Positions 49,006-62,286 of a DNA stretch of 64,000 bases are shown here, piece by piece. The stretch comes from Zootoca vivipara. Taxonomy: Eukaryota. Under the pieces are notes generated by a model. The model worked only from the letters and a program-made list of their open reading frames with translations, was not told the origin of the DNA and made no database searches. The stretch's first letter is position 1; each line of letters opens with the position of its first letter. A program made the position numbers and the translations under genes. The DNA lies in assembly GCF_963506605.1 (NCBI RefSeq), contig NC_083288.1:32488001-32552000 (forward strand), given 5' to 3'.

Positions 49006-49912
49006 CTAGAATGATAGTTTCATTGTGTATCAGAAGGATATAAGAAGAACAAGAAGATGCCACTCTGATCTGCCTATTCATCACCAGGATTATTTCAGTA
49101 TAGAGGCTTATTTGAATGCAAATTACTGTACAAAAATATTAAACAGCTGACAATATCACTGTTTATAATTAAAAATGCAACACTGATACATCTCTGGTAA
49201 AGTCCTATTTAGAGTAGAATGCACTAAAATGATCCATGCGTTTGAAATCAATTTGAAAATGTGATTTAATGCAGTTTCAAACATATCCACTCTTTGCAAT
49301 GGTATTCTAATACAATACTCTTTCTACTGATAACATTCTTTCAGGATTCATCACCCAATGTCTTACCTTTTGCTCTTTTTATTTACCTTTCATAGACAGG
49401 TATTTATACATATTTGTAACAAAATAAAAAGTTTAATTCAACAGATTTGTACAAGAAGAGGAAATAAAACAGAGGATGGAGGAACTAATATAATTTAATT
49501 AAATAATATCACACTTCCATTGGCTGATAGATTCCTATTATTTTGATCAAACTAAAGAAACAAATTGTGAAGCAATCTCATTTACTTTCTACAGCATAGG
49601 AAGGAATATTTACAGAGGATGAATGCATAAGGTGAGAAAGGAAGGTGTAAGATGGGACAATGTGTAAGTGAATTGGAGGAACTTGGTGACATGCAGGAAT
49701 TGATAAAATAGGATAAGATAGTGCTTTAAACAGTTCTAGCATAGCTACTCCATTCCAATGATTAATTGGATCCCCCTCCATTGAGCATTAATATGAGGCC
49801 AAAGCCAGTGCCATGGACCCATCATTATCAGGCATAAGGTGACTTCTGTGGCCATATAAAATTAAATCAGTTTCTCCCCCCCTCTTTTTTGCATTGATTT
49901 AATTGTATTAGT

Positions 49913-50242
49913 GGGATGCGGGTGGCGCTGTGGTCTAAACCACTGAGCCTAGGGCTTGCTGATCAGAAGGTTGGCAGTTCGAATCCCCGCGATGGGGCGA
50001 GCTCCCGTTGCTCGGTCCCAGCTCCTGCCCACCTAGCAGTTCGAACGCACATCAAGTGCAAGTAGATAAATAGGTACTGCTCTGGTGGGAAGGTAAATGG
50101 TGTTTCCGTGCGCTGCTCTGGTACATTACCCGGAAGCTGTCTGCACACAAACGCCGGCTCCCTCGTCCAGTAAAGCGAGATGAGCGCCGCAGCCCCAGAG
50201 TTGTCTGCAAATGGACTTAACGGTGAGGGGTCCCTTTTCCTT
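49913..50242 (+). mobile_element. Sauria SINE (Squam1-type)
   Basis: GGGATGCGGGTGGCGCTGTGGTCTAAACC A-box, GTTCGAATCCC B-box, CTAGCAGTTCGAA..TAGATAAATAGGTAC body. Confidence 0.85.
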
Positions 50243-50409
50243 AATTGTTTTAGCATTATTACAATCTAACACCATAATTCACTACTGGGAGCCTGATGCT
50301 CCAAAAACTGATCTTACTGCAATACCTCCCCTCCCAAAAGAAAAGAAAGGGGACAAAAGGAAAGGAAGGAATTGGATTTTTTAAATTAAAAAAGTCAGCA
50401 CTTCCTCAC

Positions 50410-50624
50410 ATTAAGTCTTCATTCAATGTTGGAGGCGGCTGTTCAGTGAAGTCTATTGAGCTAGACAGAATGAAACTTTGAGAAGCAATGACACCAATAA
50501 TGAATTCTCCATTCTGATAGTATTTGTGAACAGGCTGAGGTGGGTGCTGGACCCTGCACATACGAATGTGAGTTTCAGATGTTATATGGAGAAGCAGTAC
50601 CAGCAGCAAAACCACTAATGCCAT
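50410..50624 (-). CDS. V2R gene G exon 1
   Basis: MALVVLLLVLLLH...GEFIIGVIAS, 215 bp, GTGAG donor. Confidence 0.8.
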
Positions 50625-51368
50625 TATGCTGAGTAGTAATGCTCATTATTCTTCTATATTTGTAGGTTCTTCTTCTTTTTATATATGACACTATCCAGAA
50701 GGAATATGATTTTAATGGCCTGACCAGAATGTTCAGACAGTTTTCTAAGAAACCTGAAATCAAGATCCCTGAACACAAATATCAGTAATCATAGTTATGT
50801 TCCTGTTTCGGGTGCCTAAATCTTTCTCTGAATGCAAGAAGGTATATTTATGACATCCTTCACATACTATATGATTTCTTGATTTTAATTTTAAGCAGTA
50901 GAATTGATTACAGTCTTTATGATAATTAATAGGTGAAGTAATTCCCAAGCCAAAGACAGGAGACTGTGGATTTGAAGAAGATTATATTTATTGTGTGTTA
51001 GCAGAAGTTTTGAACCTATTTGAACAGAAATAATCATGGTGGGCTTGGACTGGCCTATGGCAAGGAAGGAACTATGGAAATACAAGTCTTTGGTGTGGGA
51101 CTAGATATAAGATTCATGTTTTAAAAGTTTTGATTGATTTTATAAATGGAAAGATTGAAAATAAGAGTGCTTCAACTCCTTGAATGAGAGGGAGTCCTGG
51201 CAGATTCTCATTCACAAATGCAAACATATTGCTCACAATTGTGATTCATAGGCATTCCGTAGCAGCAGCACTAAACTAGAGGGCTTAGAAGATGTTCTAC
51301 AAGTATCTTCTTTAGAGTGGGAGATGTGGAAAAAGAGCATACAAAATGTCTAAGCCCTTGCTCCAGAT

Positions 51369-51691
51369 CAGGGTTCCCCAAACTAAGGCCCAGGGGCCGG
51401 ATGCGGCCCAATCGCCTTCTAAATCCAGCCCACAGACTGTCTGGGAATCAGCATGTTTTTACATGAGTAGAATGTGTCCTTTTATTTAAAATGTATCTCC
51501 AGGTTATTTGTGGGGCCTGCCTGGTGTTTCTACATGAGTAGAATGTGTCCTTTTATTTAAAATGCATCTCTTGGTTATTTGTGGGGCATAGGAATTCATT
51601 CATTATTATTTTTTCAAAATATAGCCCACCCCACCACAAGGTCTTAGGGACAGTGGACCGGCCCCCTGCTGGAAAAGTTTGCTGACCCCTG
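51369..51691. mobile_element. hAT MITE with internal tandem duplication
   Basis: 8-bp TSD CTCCAGAT; same family as 3624-3877. Confidence 0.85.
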
Positions 51692-51797
51692 CTCCAGATG
51701 GTTATCAGTCCCTCCACTCAGATTGTTAGAGTGCGGTTGGTGCAGCTATGTTTCTTAGTACCATTGCAAAGCCACTTCCACCCTGAAGAGGAGGTGT

Positions 51798-53461
51798 AGT
51801 TGCGGGCTGTCACAACTCCACCACGCATGCAGGGGCTGGGAGCTCAGCCCCTGAGTGATAGGTGGGATTGCCGCCCACGCTGCGACCAGGCCAGCCAATC
51901 CGGTTGTTCTGGGGGCGTGTCCTGTGCTACTTAAGCAGGGCGTGGGCGGGAATTCCCGTCTTTTGTCCCTGCGAAGTGGTATGTGAAGGTCATCCTGACG
52001 CTGACGCCCGAGGTATCATGTTAAGGGACGTAACCTTGACCAGTTCTCACTTACTTGTGCATATTCAACACTCAAAAACAGACCAAAGGGGGAAGGGAGC
52101 CTTGTTGCGACTGGACATAAGGGGCCCTGCCCGGTGAAAGATACTAGGCGATTCCTTTATTTAAGGTCAGCTGGTCCGGGTCCATTACTAATTCACCAGG
52201 ATGGCTCCCGGCTCACGCGCCACCAGTTCACATGCGTGATGTCCAAGGCTATCGCCAACAGTGGATTCCAGCCTGACGAGTTTGCTGCCAACTCCTTTAG
52301 AATTGGTGCTGCTACCATGGATGTACATCTTGGGTTATCAGCCAAAAGGATTAAGGATTTAGGGCGGTGGAAGTCAAACACTTACAAGGGGTACGTTCGG
52401 ACCTCCTGGTAATCAACCTGCAATCCTCCTGACCTTCGTTGTTCTTCCTATTACTTTCAGATAACCAGTTATTGCATGTGTGGATATGCGGTCCCAGCAT
52501 AGTCCACTGGGCGCGGGCGATCGATTCTGGTCTTGGTTGCGGTCTCAGCCTTCCGGGAAAAGTCAGGGTATCCTGAATCGCTAGAAGTGTAATGTATTGG
52601 GATGAACTCTTACCAGTTGTGAAAGCCAGGGCTGTCTCGCAAGGTCCCCCTGATGTTTTGCTTGGCAAAAATGACTTGGCCTATAGGAAATCCGTTGATT
52701 TGAACTGGAAGATATACAAGGACTTTGATGAACTGCTTGCCTCTTTCCCAAACCTGACGCTCATATGGTCATCGCTGTTTCAGAGGCGCGTGTGGCGAGA
52801 TAGGCATCACCCTCTCACTTTTAACAATGCAAGAAGGCTATTGGACTCTGCTGTGGCGCACAGGGTGATAATGCTGAAGGGTCAGGTTATCCGGCACCCT
52901 GCCATTAGATCTCATGAGGTGCACCTTTACCCCAACGATAGCGTGCATCTTTCAAATGCAGGAAACGATATTTGGCTGTCTGATAAAATCAAGGGTATCA
53001 GGTATTGGTTCCAGGTGTGAGGGTATTGGCGGCAAGCCCTTTAGGCTCGAGTGGTGGTTAGGCATTGGAATATTAATGTTGAAGTCAGGAGGAGGGGAGG
53101 TAGCGCCATCACCTGCCCCCAAAATAGAGGGGTATTCCGTTAAAGGATTCCAGGGGTGTGGCCCTGCCCGAAGCCTAGGGAGGTCAGGGCCTAAGGCACG
53201 CCCCTATCGATGACCCCAGGGGGGGGGGAGTTCCTTGTCAATATGCATCACAGGGCTCCTTGGCTGGTGGTTAACACTTCCCAGACTCACAGCACACGGG
53301 CTGGGGCTGGATATAGCCAGTTAGGGTCCAATGGCTAAGCCAATACCGCTCAACATCCATAACCAATAAAGTTGTTGCCTTTTCTGCCCATTAACCCTAA
53401 TTGGTGTCTCATGTGTCATTATTTCCATGGGGGAGGGGGGGAGGGACATTGCCACGCAACT
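51798..53461 (+). mobile_element. Internally deleted Ngaro-like tyrosine-recombinase retrotransposon (YR C-terminus + SGNH-hydrolase ORF)
   Basis: SKTDQRGKG, LTRHQF and NSFRIGAAT...LGRWKSNTYKGYVR (YR boxes, 52050-52412). VWICGPSIVHWA...LGKNDL...DSVHLS (SGNH blocks, 52463-53020, one in-frame TGA at 52574). AATAAA at ~53365; AGTTGCG/CGCAACT termini. Confidence 0.8.
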
Positions 53462-53711
53462 GATGCTGGTCACAATAATGAAAGCAGTTTCTCAAAAATA
53501 ATCCTCCCATTTAATAGCTTTTAAGCGTTCATGCATAAATTAATAAATAAATTAGGGTGAATGAAAGGGTCCATGAACATTGTCATTGCTTATTCCAGAT
53601 AAATACATGGAAGGGAGGAATCAAACATACAGAAAATACTTTATGTAGAGAATGTTGAAATTGCAAATTTAGTAAGTGGCACCACAAAGCCAAAAATAGG
53701 AATGGAAAATA

Positions 53712-53965
53712 TAGGATTGCCATATTTCAAACAGTGAACATCCAGACAGAAAAGAAATTCTTGAGCTTCTTTTATGCTCAATTAGATCTTTTTTGGAAAA
53801 AATGCAAAGAAGTTTGCTGTTTTTGAGGTTTTTTTATGGAAAATTGGCAAAATCGGCAGTGCTGACATGGGCTGGCTGCATTTTCCTGGACTTGTTTTGC
53901 GGTGGGGGCAATTTCCACCAGGAAACTGCTGACAAATGATGTATTCAGGATGAATGGCAATCCTA
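53712..53965. mobile_element. hAT MITE
   Basis: TIR TAGGATTGCCAT; 8-bp TSD GGAAAATA. Confidence 0.8.
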
Positions 53966-54186
53966 GGAAAATACCTCTACTAAATATTTAATGTATCAGT
54001 TTTTATCACTGAGGTTCATTCATATGAGAGATTCATTGGTCCCATTGTTACTGCTTTGACAAAAAGTGAATTCTATTGTATATGAGAATGCCTCTGAGAG
54101 TTTCCTTCTAAGATATCTTTTATCAGATTTTCAGAACTGAAAAACAATTAATGTATCTCAAAAAGATCCACTGAAGGGACAGAGAC

Positions 54187-54572
54187 TCATTTTTTCAGTT
54201 CATTCTTCTTATGAACAGTTCCATATTGCTTAGTTCTGGCATGTAGGTAAAGGTAACATTTTGGAGAAAAGATGCAACACAGCAAGCCAGCCCTGGTAGG
54301 TAAGATAGAATTTTTTTTCACAGCAACCATGAATCTTCGTTTGGCACTGGGATAGGTTGGAATAAAAAATAACCACACATTGCAGAAGACCAACATGCTG
54401 AAAGTGATCATTTTGTCTTGAACTTGATGTCTGGTAATTTCCTGGCAAAGAAAATCACAGGAAAACTGGCAATGACCAAGAAGCCCATGTAGCACAAGAC
54501 ACAGTAAAACAGACCCCTCATTCATTGCAATGCAATTTCTTCAACAACTGAGTTAATATCAGCATCTAGAAT
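54187..54572 (-). pseudogene. V2R orphan exon-6 relic H (duplicate of relic E, keeps the 3' end)
   Basis: Degenerate NEGS...[13 protein letters not shown]...FSPKCY with frameshifts; near-identical to 27995-28192. Confidence 0.85.
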
Positions 54573-56052
54573 TGCAACAAAGCTTCCCCCTTGTTGATGA
54601 ATAAGACACAAGGACACGGATATTAAGGGGTTAATGGTTATTGGGCAAACTTAGGCCAAAACTTTATTGGTTACAGAATGTGAGCGATATTGGCTTAGGC
54701 ATCGGAATTGACCTGACTATATCTGACTCCTGCCCATCACTCAAGGAGTTCTGTGAAGGTCAAGCATTGGTAGGGGGAGCCCCGTCAATGCAAGCGGTGA
54801 GATGGCTAAAAATAGCTTTATCGTGTATAATGAGATAAGAATCCAATGTCTCTATTCAGACCAGGTCTCTCCGTGGTTTTAAGTTTGGTAATAAGTTACA
54901 ATTCAGCAACTTATGTTACATGGTTTGTGGAATGATGAACTGATTCTGGGACCCAAAGCCATGCCAACCCTCACATTGCCTACTGCAGTCAATAAAGATT
55001 TGGCCTGCTTTTATCACATCATCACTGTACAGTCTTGTTATTTGTTGGATCACATAATGCATTTGCCTGGGCAACACAAAAGAGGAAAATGTTCTGTTGG
55101 CAGATTTGCAGTTCATATGATGTTATTTAGCTGTATGTATACAGTCATACCTCGGTTTGCGACCGCAATCGGTCGCTCCCCGAATCGGTCACTCCCTGAT
55201 GCACGCTGTAAGCACTTCCGGGTCCGCAGTGGTCGGAAACCAAAGCAGTCGCAAACGGAGGCGGTCGCAAACCAAGGTATGACTGTACAGCTCTTACCTT
55301 TATTGTTGGCCCCCCAATTCTGTATTCAAATAGAATTGATCGCCCTGGCCACTAACTTTGGCTCTGCTTTTCATTAGTTCTATTTACACCTATGGTCGGC
55401 CTCTCTGCCATACCTGTTCCAATGAGCACCAACCTCAAGCCACTGATTGTGTCCTGAAACAGGCATAAACAACGTCTTGTGCTCAGTAGGTTTTGGACTC
55501 AGATTCCCTTCAACCTCTGTCTGCCTGGTCTGTGGTCAGTTATGATGGGGTTTGGGGTCTAACAACTTCTGGAGGGTCACTTTGGGTACCCCTGTTCTGC
55601 AGCAAGACAATCCCATGATTAAACACCCCCTTTTTCTTTGGCTCTGGACAAATTTCTTGTTTGTCACAGTCAATTCAGGTGCTCCTTGAGACCTTAACGA
55701 ATTGAAAGAAAAAGTTAATTTCAGACATGAAAAACATGTCTCCAGCAATTCCACATGGAATGCTCCTTGTTGAATTGGTGACTACTTCCCTCTTTAATTA
55801 TCCAAGGACTCTAATTAACACAGCTACTTTCCAACACTACAGTGCAGTTTACTGTGGATTCCAGAAAAACTAATAGCACAGTTTTTGAATAATTGTATAA
55901 ATATACCCTCCAGAAATCTAGGACTGAGGTTAGGATTTAAGACTATTAGACAAGAAGGTGTCAGTCTGATTTCTGACCCTATATATTTTTGTCCTGTGAT
56001 TTTTGAGGTAAAAATAAGAAATTTGCATCTAGAGAAAACATTTCTGCCCACA

Positions 56053-56270
56053 ATGCTGTTATTGTTCATCTTGCTTCTGGTACTGCTTCCTCACATGGTA
56101 AGCAAAGCGCACATCATTAAGTGCATGGTTGATGATCCACACCCTCCGCTTCATGAGTACCACCAGTCAGGCGACCTAATCATTGGAGCTATCGCTTCCC
56201 ACAGTTTCATCGTCTCCAGTGCAATCACCTTCACTGAAAAACCCCCATCACCTTTGCCTGAAGAGCTTGT
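56053..56270 (+). CDS. V2R gene I exon 1
   Basis: [15 protein letters not shown]...EELV, 218 bp. Confidence 0.9.
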
Positions 56271-56604
56271 GTAAGGCCTTAACTATAATATTTTAAAACT
56301 ATTATTTGTTATCAGTCTTAATTGTCATTCCATGAATTATTTGTTTTGAAAGGTAATATACTATCCAAAGAAACAACTGTTTTTTTAAAAAAATAGAGAT
56401 GTGTTCTGACATTTGTATGAAATATAATATCCTAAAGATCTTAAATTATACTGTTTATTTTTGAACGCCCTGCTCTGAATTGCTACTTTAATGATAAAGA
56501 ATAGGAAAGAATAGAAATGTTTTGATGAACAATGGTAAAATTTGGTGGTGGTTGGTTCAAAATTTGTATGGTTAAGGTTACCTCAAGAAAGTTTCTATAT
56601 AAAT

Positions 56605-56664
<60 letters not shown>

Positions 56665-59600
56665 GACTATATACAGAATACATTATTTTTATAACATTTG
56701 CAATACTTTTTACAACATGTGGTGGTTCCTTATGATTCAGAATACAACTTACCTTCCAGTGTAGTACCTAAGAATTATCAGCACATCCTGGCCTTGGCAT
56801 TTGCAGTAAAAGAGATCAATGAAAACCCTCAGCTCTTACGAAATGTCACCTTGGGCTTCCACATCTATGACAGCTATTTCACTGAGAAGTGGACCTACCA
56901 TGCTACCATACTACTAATATGCACCCTGGGAGTTTTTGTTCCAAATTACAACTGTGATGTCCAAACTAACCTGATTGGGGTCATTGGGGGACTGGACCCG
57001 CCAACCTCACTTCAAGTGGCGACACTTGTGGATATTTACAAGATTCCACAGGTATGCTGGGTCTCTTTTTGTGTGTTTGTGTAATACAGTGCTTTTTTGT
57101 TTTGTTTTTAAGAAAAAAAGGTGCCAGCACTCACCATGAGATTGTTATAGGAAATGCCGCACTTTTTAATATTTGGAAAGAAAAACGGTTCACCTATGTA
57201 CCATTGAGTACCCCCCCCCCCAAAAAAAAGCACTGGTTCTATGTGTACTTATACAGTTTTAGTACTTTCTCACATTTCCTTTTTTATCTTTTTTTAGTAT
57301 GCTGCACAGTGAATAATATAAATTCATGTCCATTCCTTCCTATAAATGTCAAATCTACATTGTGAAATCTCTGTGCATGTTCTTAAATTACTAAAAGAAA
57401 AACCCCTGGTTGTTATTTATGCTACTGAAAAGTTGACTGGCTCGGCCATAGGAACCTCTGCTGAAAGGAAAAGCCACTAACATTACAAGCTTACTGAAAA
57501 TATTATTGACAAAATGTGGGTGCATTTTTTTCTTTGAACCTTCTGTCTATAGGTGGTACGTATTCAACACTGGTCCTACTTATATTAAACCATTGACGTT
57601 ATTGCACATGCATAACTGAGATTCATTAATTTCAATGGATCTACTCTGAGTAAGACTTCATAAAATACTGTTGCTTGGCACCCCAATCTCTGAGCAGTTT
57701 GAGATCCCAGGGGTTCCAGGCACTTACCCAGGGTTTGTGTTTCCCTTGAAATGGGGTACAGTGGAGACTGCGTAGTCTTTATGATACATGGTTTTATGCA
57801 TATATACAACCTGAGCCTATAATGGGGAGGTTCACACTCTTGCTTCTCCCATAGCTGCAGTCTTGGATTTATAAACACCCCAAAGGGGTCTTACTTCTCC
57901 TATAGGCACAACCCCAGATTCAAAAATCAATCAAGCATGACTATCTCTTTCTGGCTTCCCAGCTTGCTAATTCCACTTCACACACACACACAACTCAGCT
58001 TTGTTTTTGGCCATTTCTAACTAACTACCAATGAGCTGAGGGAAGGGAACACACCCATCTGATGCAAGGCCACATCCATATATAACAACTTGGATCCTTC
58101 CTTCTATTTCAACACTTGCTGGTTCTAGCAGGACAGCTCCCCTTTTTGGGGGGGCGGGGGTGCATTGTGGGAGGGGTTCTAGGACCTCGCAGTGACCCAG
58201 CAGTGGGTGGAGGGATGCTGCTCACGTCATTAGGACACCCAGCCAGGTCAGCCCCCGGCTGACAAATTGGGTTAGCCGGGGGCATGGCCACGTGCTGTTT
58301 AAACTGCAGGATGCCTGGGAAGTCAGCTTCCATTCATCTCCTTCGTCAGACCTCGACGCTAGTTTTCCTCGTCGTTTCCTGCTCTAGACATCTTTGTTTT
58401 GTTTCATCGTTGCTGTCTTCCCCAACAAAGCTTTGTACACAGAAAGGTTTAAATGTGGCAAGGTGGCTTCCCTTGCCCAGGTGCCCGCATCGAATGCTTT
58501 GCAAAGCCCTAGAGCAGGAGTAGGCAACCTAAGGCCCGTTGGCCAGATGCGGCCCAATCGCCTTCTCAATCCGTCCCACGGATGGTCCGGGAATCAGTGT
58601 GTTTTCAGATGAGTAGAATGTGTGCTTTTATTTAGCATGCATCTCTGGGTTATTTGTGGGGCATAGGAATGCGTTCATATTTATTTTTTTCAAAATAGGG
58701 TCTGGCACACCACATGGTCTGAGGGACGATGAAAAAGGTTGCTGACCCCTGCCCTAGAGGATCAGGCAGCATGTTTCTTTGCTGCTGAAAGGAGCTTGGC
58801 CATCGGGCACACATACGCTTCTTTAAAGGATTTGGCGAGATTGTGTTGGAATACCCCCATTTTCTTTTTCAAAGACTTTATGTGCTGCATGTGTTTGTTC
58901 CCCTTGTTATTTAAGTCATTTCATTTTTATGTGTGCTTGGCAGCCTCCCCCTTGGAGATTGGGTGTGAATGTGCTTGCTTTTGTGTTGTTGCAATTCTTG
59001 TTTGGCTTTGACTAGCTGTGTGCCTTCTATTCTGTAGCTTGGGATGTGTGGACAGGCTGACCATTACCCCTTCTTTTTGCCTTGAGCTTTTGTGGGTTTA
59101 CTGTGGAGAAGCAGCCTTCCCGGCAGTTTGGAGCATGTCTGGGTCCCACTCCCCTTAATTTAAGTTTGTTCTCCACAGTGAACAGCACTTGGGGGGTCTG
59201 CTTTTTAGGGGCAAACAGGCGGGCACGGCACACCTGGGCGGTGTGCTCTACTTTTCTGCAATGTCGGCATTCTGCGTTGCAACAATGGCAAGTCCTCCAG
59301 TCGTGGATCTCCCCGCAGCTTGCACAGTTCCCCTCTTCCAGATGAGGCTGTCGTGGTGGGTGTGCGGCTTGTGTGCACTGCTGCACTCGGTGCATGTCCT
59401 CCCAGTCAGATTCTGAGTTGTCAGTGAGGTCCTCGTGGTGGACCTTCTGTTGGGACAACATGTTTGACTGGAATCCTTGCACTGACCTCTTGGTGGCTTC
59501 AGTTGCTAGAGCCTCCTCTAGGGCGACCTGGAACGTCAGGTCCTTCTTGGCGGAGAGGCACCGCTGCAGCTTCTCATCCCTCAGGCCCCCCACGAGGCGG

Positions 59601-62238
59601 TTGTGGAGCATGGCTGGAAGTGGGGAAGCAATTGAGAGATCCCCGGCCATGCGCCTGCTTAAATGTAGCAGGCCACACCCCCAGGCCGACTGGATTTGCC
59701 GGCCTGGTTAGTGACGTGGCCAGGATTCCCCCAATTGCACAGGGACTGAGAATGTTTCTTCTCCACAGACGCTGAAGAAGGTCGCCCTCTTCTTGGCTGC
59801 ATCAGTGACATCCTTTGCCTCCGGGGGGAACTGGAAGCGGGTGGCATATCCTTCCCAGTCTCCTGAGGCTGGGATGAATGGCATGAAACTGTTGTCTGTT
59901 GCCATTCTGGGTCCTTGGGTCCTAGAGCTGTAGCCTGGATGCACGGTGCGATGCTGTGTTGCCTGTGGCGGCTGTGTGCGGTGCGTGGCGGACAGCTCAG
60001 CAGAATCCCACCCTCATCACCAGTGAAATATACTCAGAGTCATGTAGTGATTTCATGCTCTTTATTGCAGCTTGTAAATCAGTGAATGAAACTTTCCCCA
60101 AACGTCTGCTATATATACATTATTTACAGGGCCGTCTTAAGCGTCCCCGGCGACGTGGAGTGACTGATGCCTCCGCCCCCCCGCCCCATTTCCCAGCGCG
60201 GTGGGCGGGCGGGTGCAGCGTGCAGCGCGGCTGCCACAGGCACTGCTGTGTGGCACCGCGGCAGGCGGGCAGGCACAGCGTGGTTGTCGAACCGGCGAAC
60301 CGGGCAGGCGCAGCTCACGGCCCCCTCCTGGCGGGCCGGCGCCGTGGTGCCCTGCGCCACCGGGGGTCTACCTAGAGCCGGCCCTGATTATTTACACAAT
60401 GGGCCCCGCGTGATTGGCTAATTCTGGGCTGCTCCTGCAAACAGGTAGCTGATTCACTTCCACGTGGAGCTGGATTTGGTGGCTCCTGCAGATAAAGTCC
60501 CTCAGCTTCGGGAAGAGGTAGACTCCACCATGGGAACAGGGCTGAGGCGGGAGAGTGCTAGAGTCCTGTCTAGTCCAGTTGTGTGGGATCAATTCCAATC
60601 TGTTACCTCCGAGGATGTGGACAGGCTGCTTGGACGAGTGAAACCAACCACCTATCTCCTTGATCCTTGTCCATCCTGGCTTATAAAAGCTAGCAGGAAG
60701 GGCTGAGCGATGGGCTTCGCGGGTTGGTGAATGCTTCTCTCTGTGAGGGAGCCTTTCCAGACCCGCTGAAAGAAGCGGTTATTAAACTGCTTCTTAAAAA
60801 ACCATCTTTAGATACGGCCAACTATCGCCCAGTCTAAAATCTTCCATTCTTGGGCAAGGTGATTAAGCGGGTGGTTGCTGAACAACTCCAGGCATGCCTG
60901 GAAGAAGCGGACCATTTGGATCCCTTCCAGTCGGGATTCAGGCCTCATCATGGGACTGAAACTGCCTTGGTCGCACTGGTTGATAATCTCCGGCGGGCTA
61001 GGGACAAAGGTGAGAGTTGTTTCCTAGTTCTGCTGGATCTCTCAGAGGCTTTTGACACCATCAACCATAACATCCTTCTGGACTGTCTAGAAGGGTTGGG
61101 AGCTGGGGGCACTGTCATACAGTGGTTCCGCTCATTCCTCCTGGGCCGTGTTCAGAAAGTGGTGGGGGGGGGTGAGTGTTTGGACCCCTGGGCTCTCACT
61201 TGTGGGGTGCCTCAGGGTTCTGTCCTCTCCCCCATGCTTTTTAACATCTACATGCAGCCGCTGGAAGAGATCATCAGGGGGTTTGGGCTGGGTGTTCATC
61301 AGTATGCGGATGATACCCAGCTCTTCCTCTATTTCAAATCAGAACCAGTGAAGGCAGTGAAGGTCTTGTGTGAGTGCCTGGAGGCGGTTGGAGGATGGAT
61401 GGCGGCTAACAGATTGAGGTTGAATCCTGACAAGACAGAAGTACTGTTTGTGGGGGACAGGAGGCGGGCAGGTGTGGAGGACTCCCTGGTCCTGAATGGG
61501 GTAAATGTGCCCCTGAAGGACCAGGTGTGCAGCCTGGGAGTCATTCTGGACTCACAGCTGTCCATGGAGGCACAGGTCAATTCTGTGTCCAGGGCAGCTG
61601 TCTATCAGCTCCACCTGGTACGCAGGCTGAGAACCTACCTGCCTGCAGATTGTCTCGCCAGAGTGGTGCATGCTCTAGTTATCTCTCGCTTGGACTACTG
61701 CAATGCGCTCTACGTGGGGCTACCTTTGAAGATGACCCGGAAACTACAACTAATCCAGAATGCGGCAGCTAGAGTGGTGACTGGGAGCGGCCGCCGCGAC
61801 CACATTACACCGGTCTTGAAAGATCTACATTGGCTCCCAGTACATTCCGAGCACAGTTCAAAGTGTTGGTGCTGACCTTTAAAGCCCTAAACGGCCTCGG
61901 TCCTATATACCTGAAGGAGCGTCTCCACCCCGATTGTTCAGCCCGGACTCTGAGGTCCAGCTCCGAGGGCCTTTTGGCGGTTCCCTCATTGCGAGAAGCC
62001 AAGTTGCAGGGAACCACGCAGAGGGCCTTCTCGGTGGTGGCGCCTGCCCTGTGGAACGCCCTCCCACCAGATGTCAAAAAGGAAAACAGCTATACCAGAT
62101 TTTTAGAAGACATCTGAAGGCAGCCCTGTTTAGGGAGGCTTTTAATGTTTAAGAAATCAGTGTATTTTAATGTTTCTGTTGGAAGCCACCCAGAGTGGCT
62201 GGGGAAACCCAGCCAGATGGACGAGGTATAAATAATAA

Positions 62239-62286
<48 letters not shown>

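Larger units (their letters stand above)
40987..50624 (-). pseudogene. V2R gene G: all six exons present but exon 4 has a frameshift and premature stop (recent pseudogene or null allele)
   Basis: Exons 50410-50624, 48714-49005, 46735-47595, 45661-45878 (218 bp instead of 228; a 4-bp deletion gives TAG at 45801-45803), 43311-43437, 40987-41888. The other five exons are open with intact splice sites. Confidence 0.82.

Noticed and set aside
60127-60386. CpG island or promoter of a hidden gene
   Set aside because: The GC-rich stretch is bounded by CAGGGCCG TIRs and an 8-bp TSD; it is a young MITE.
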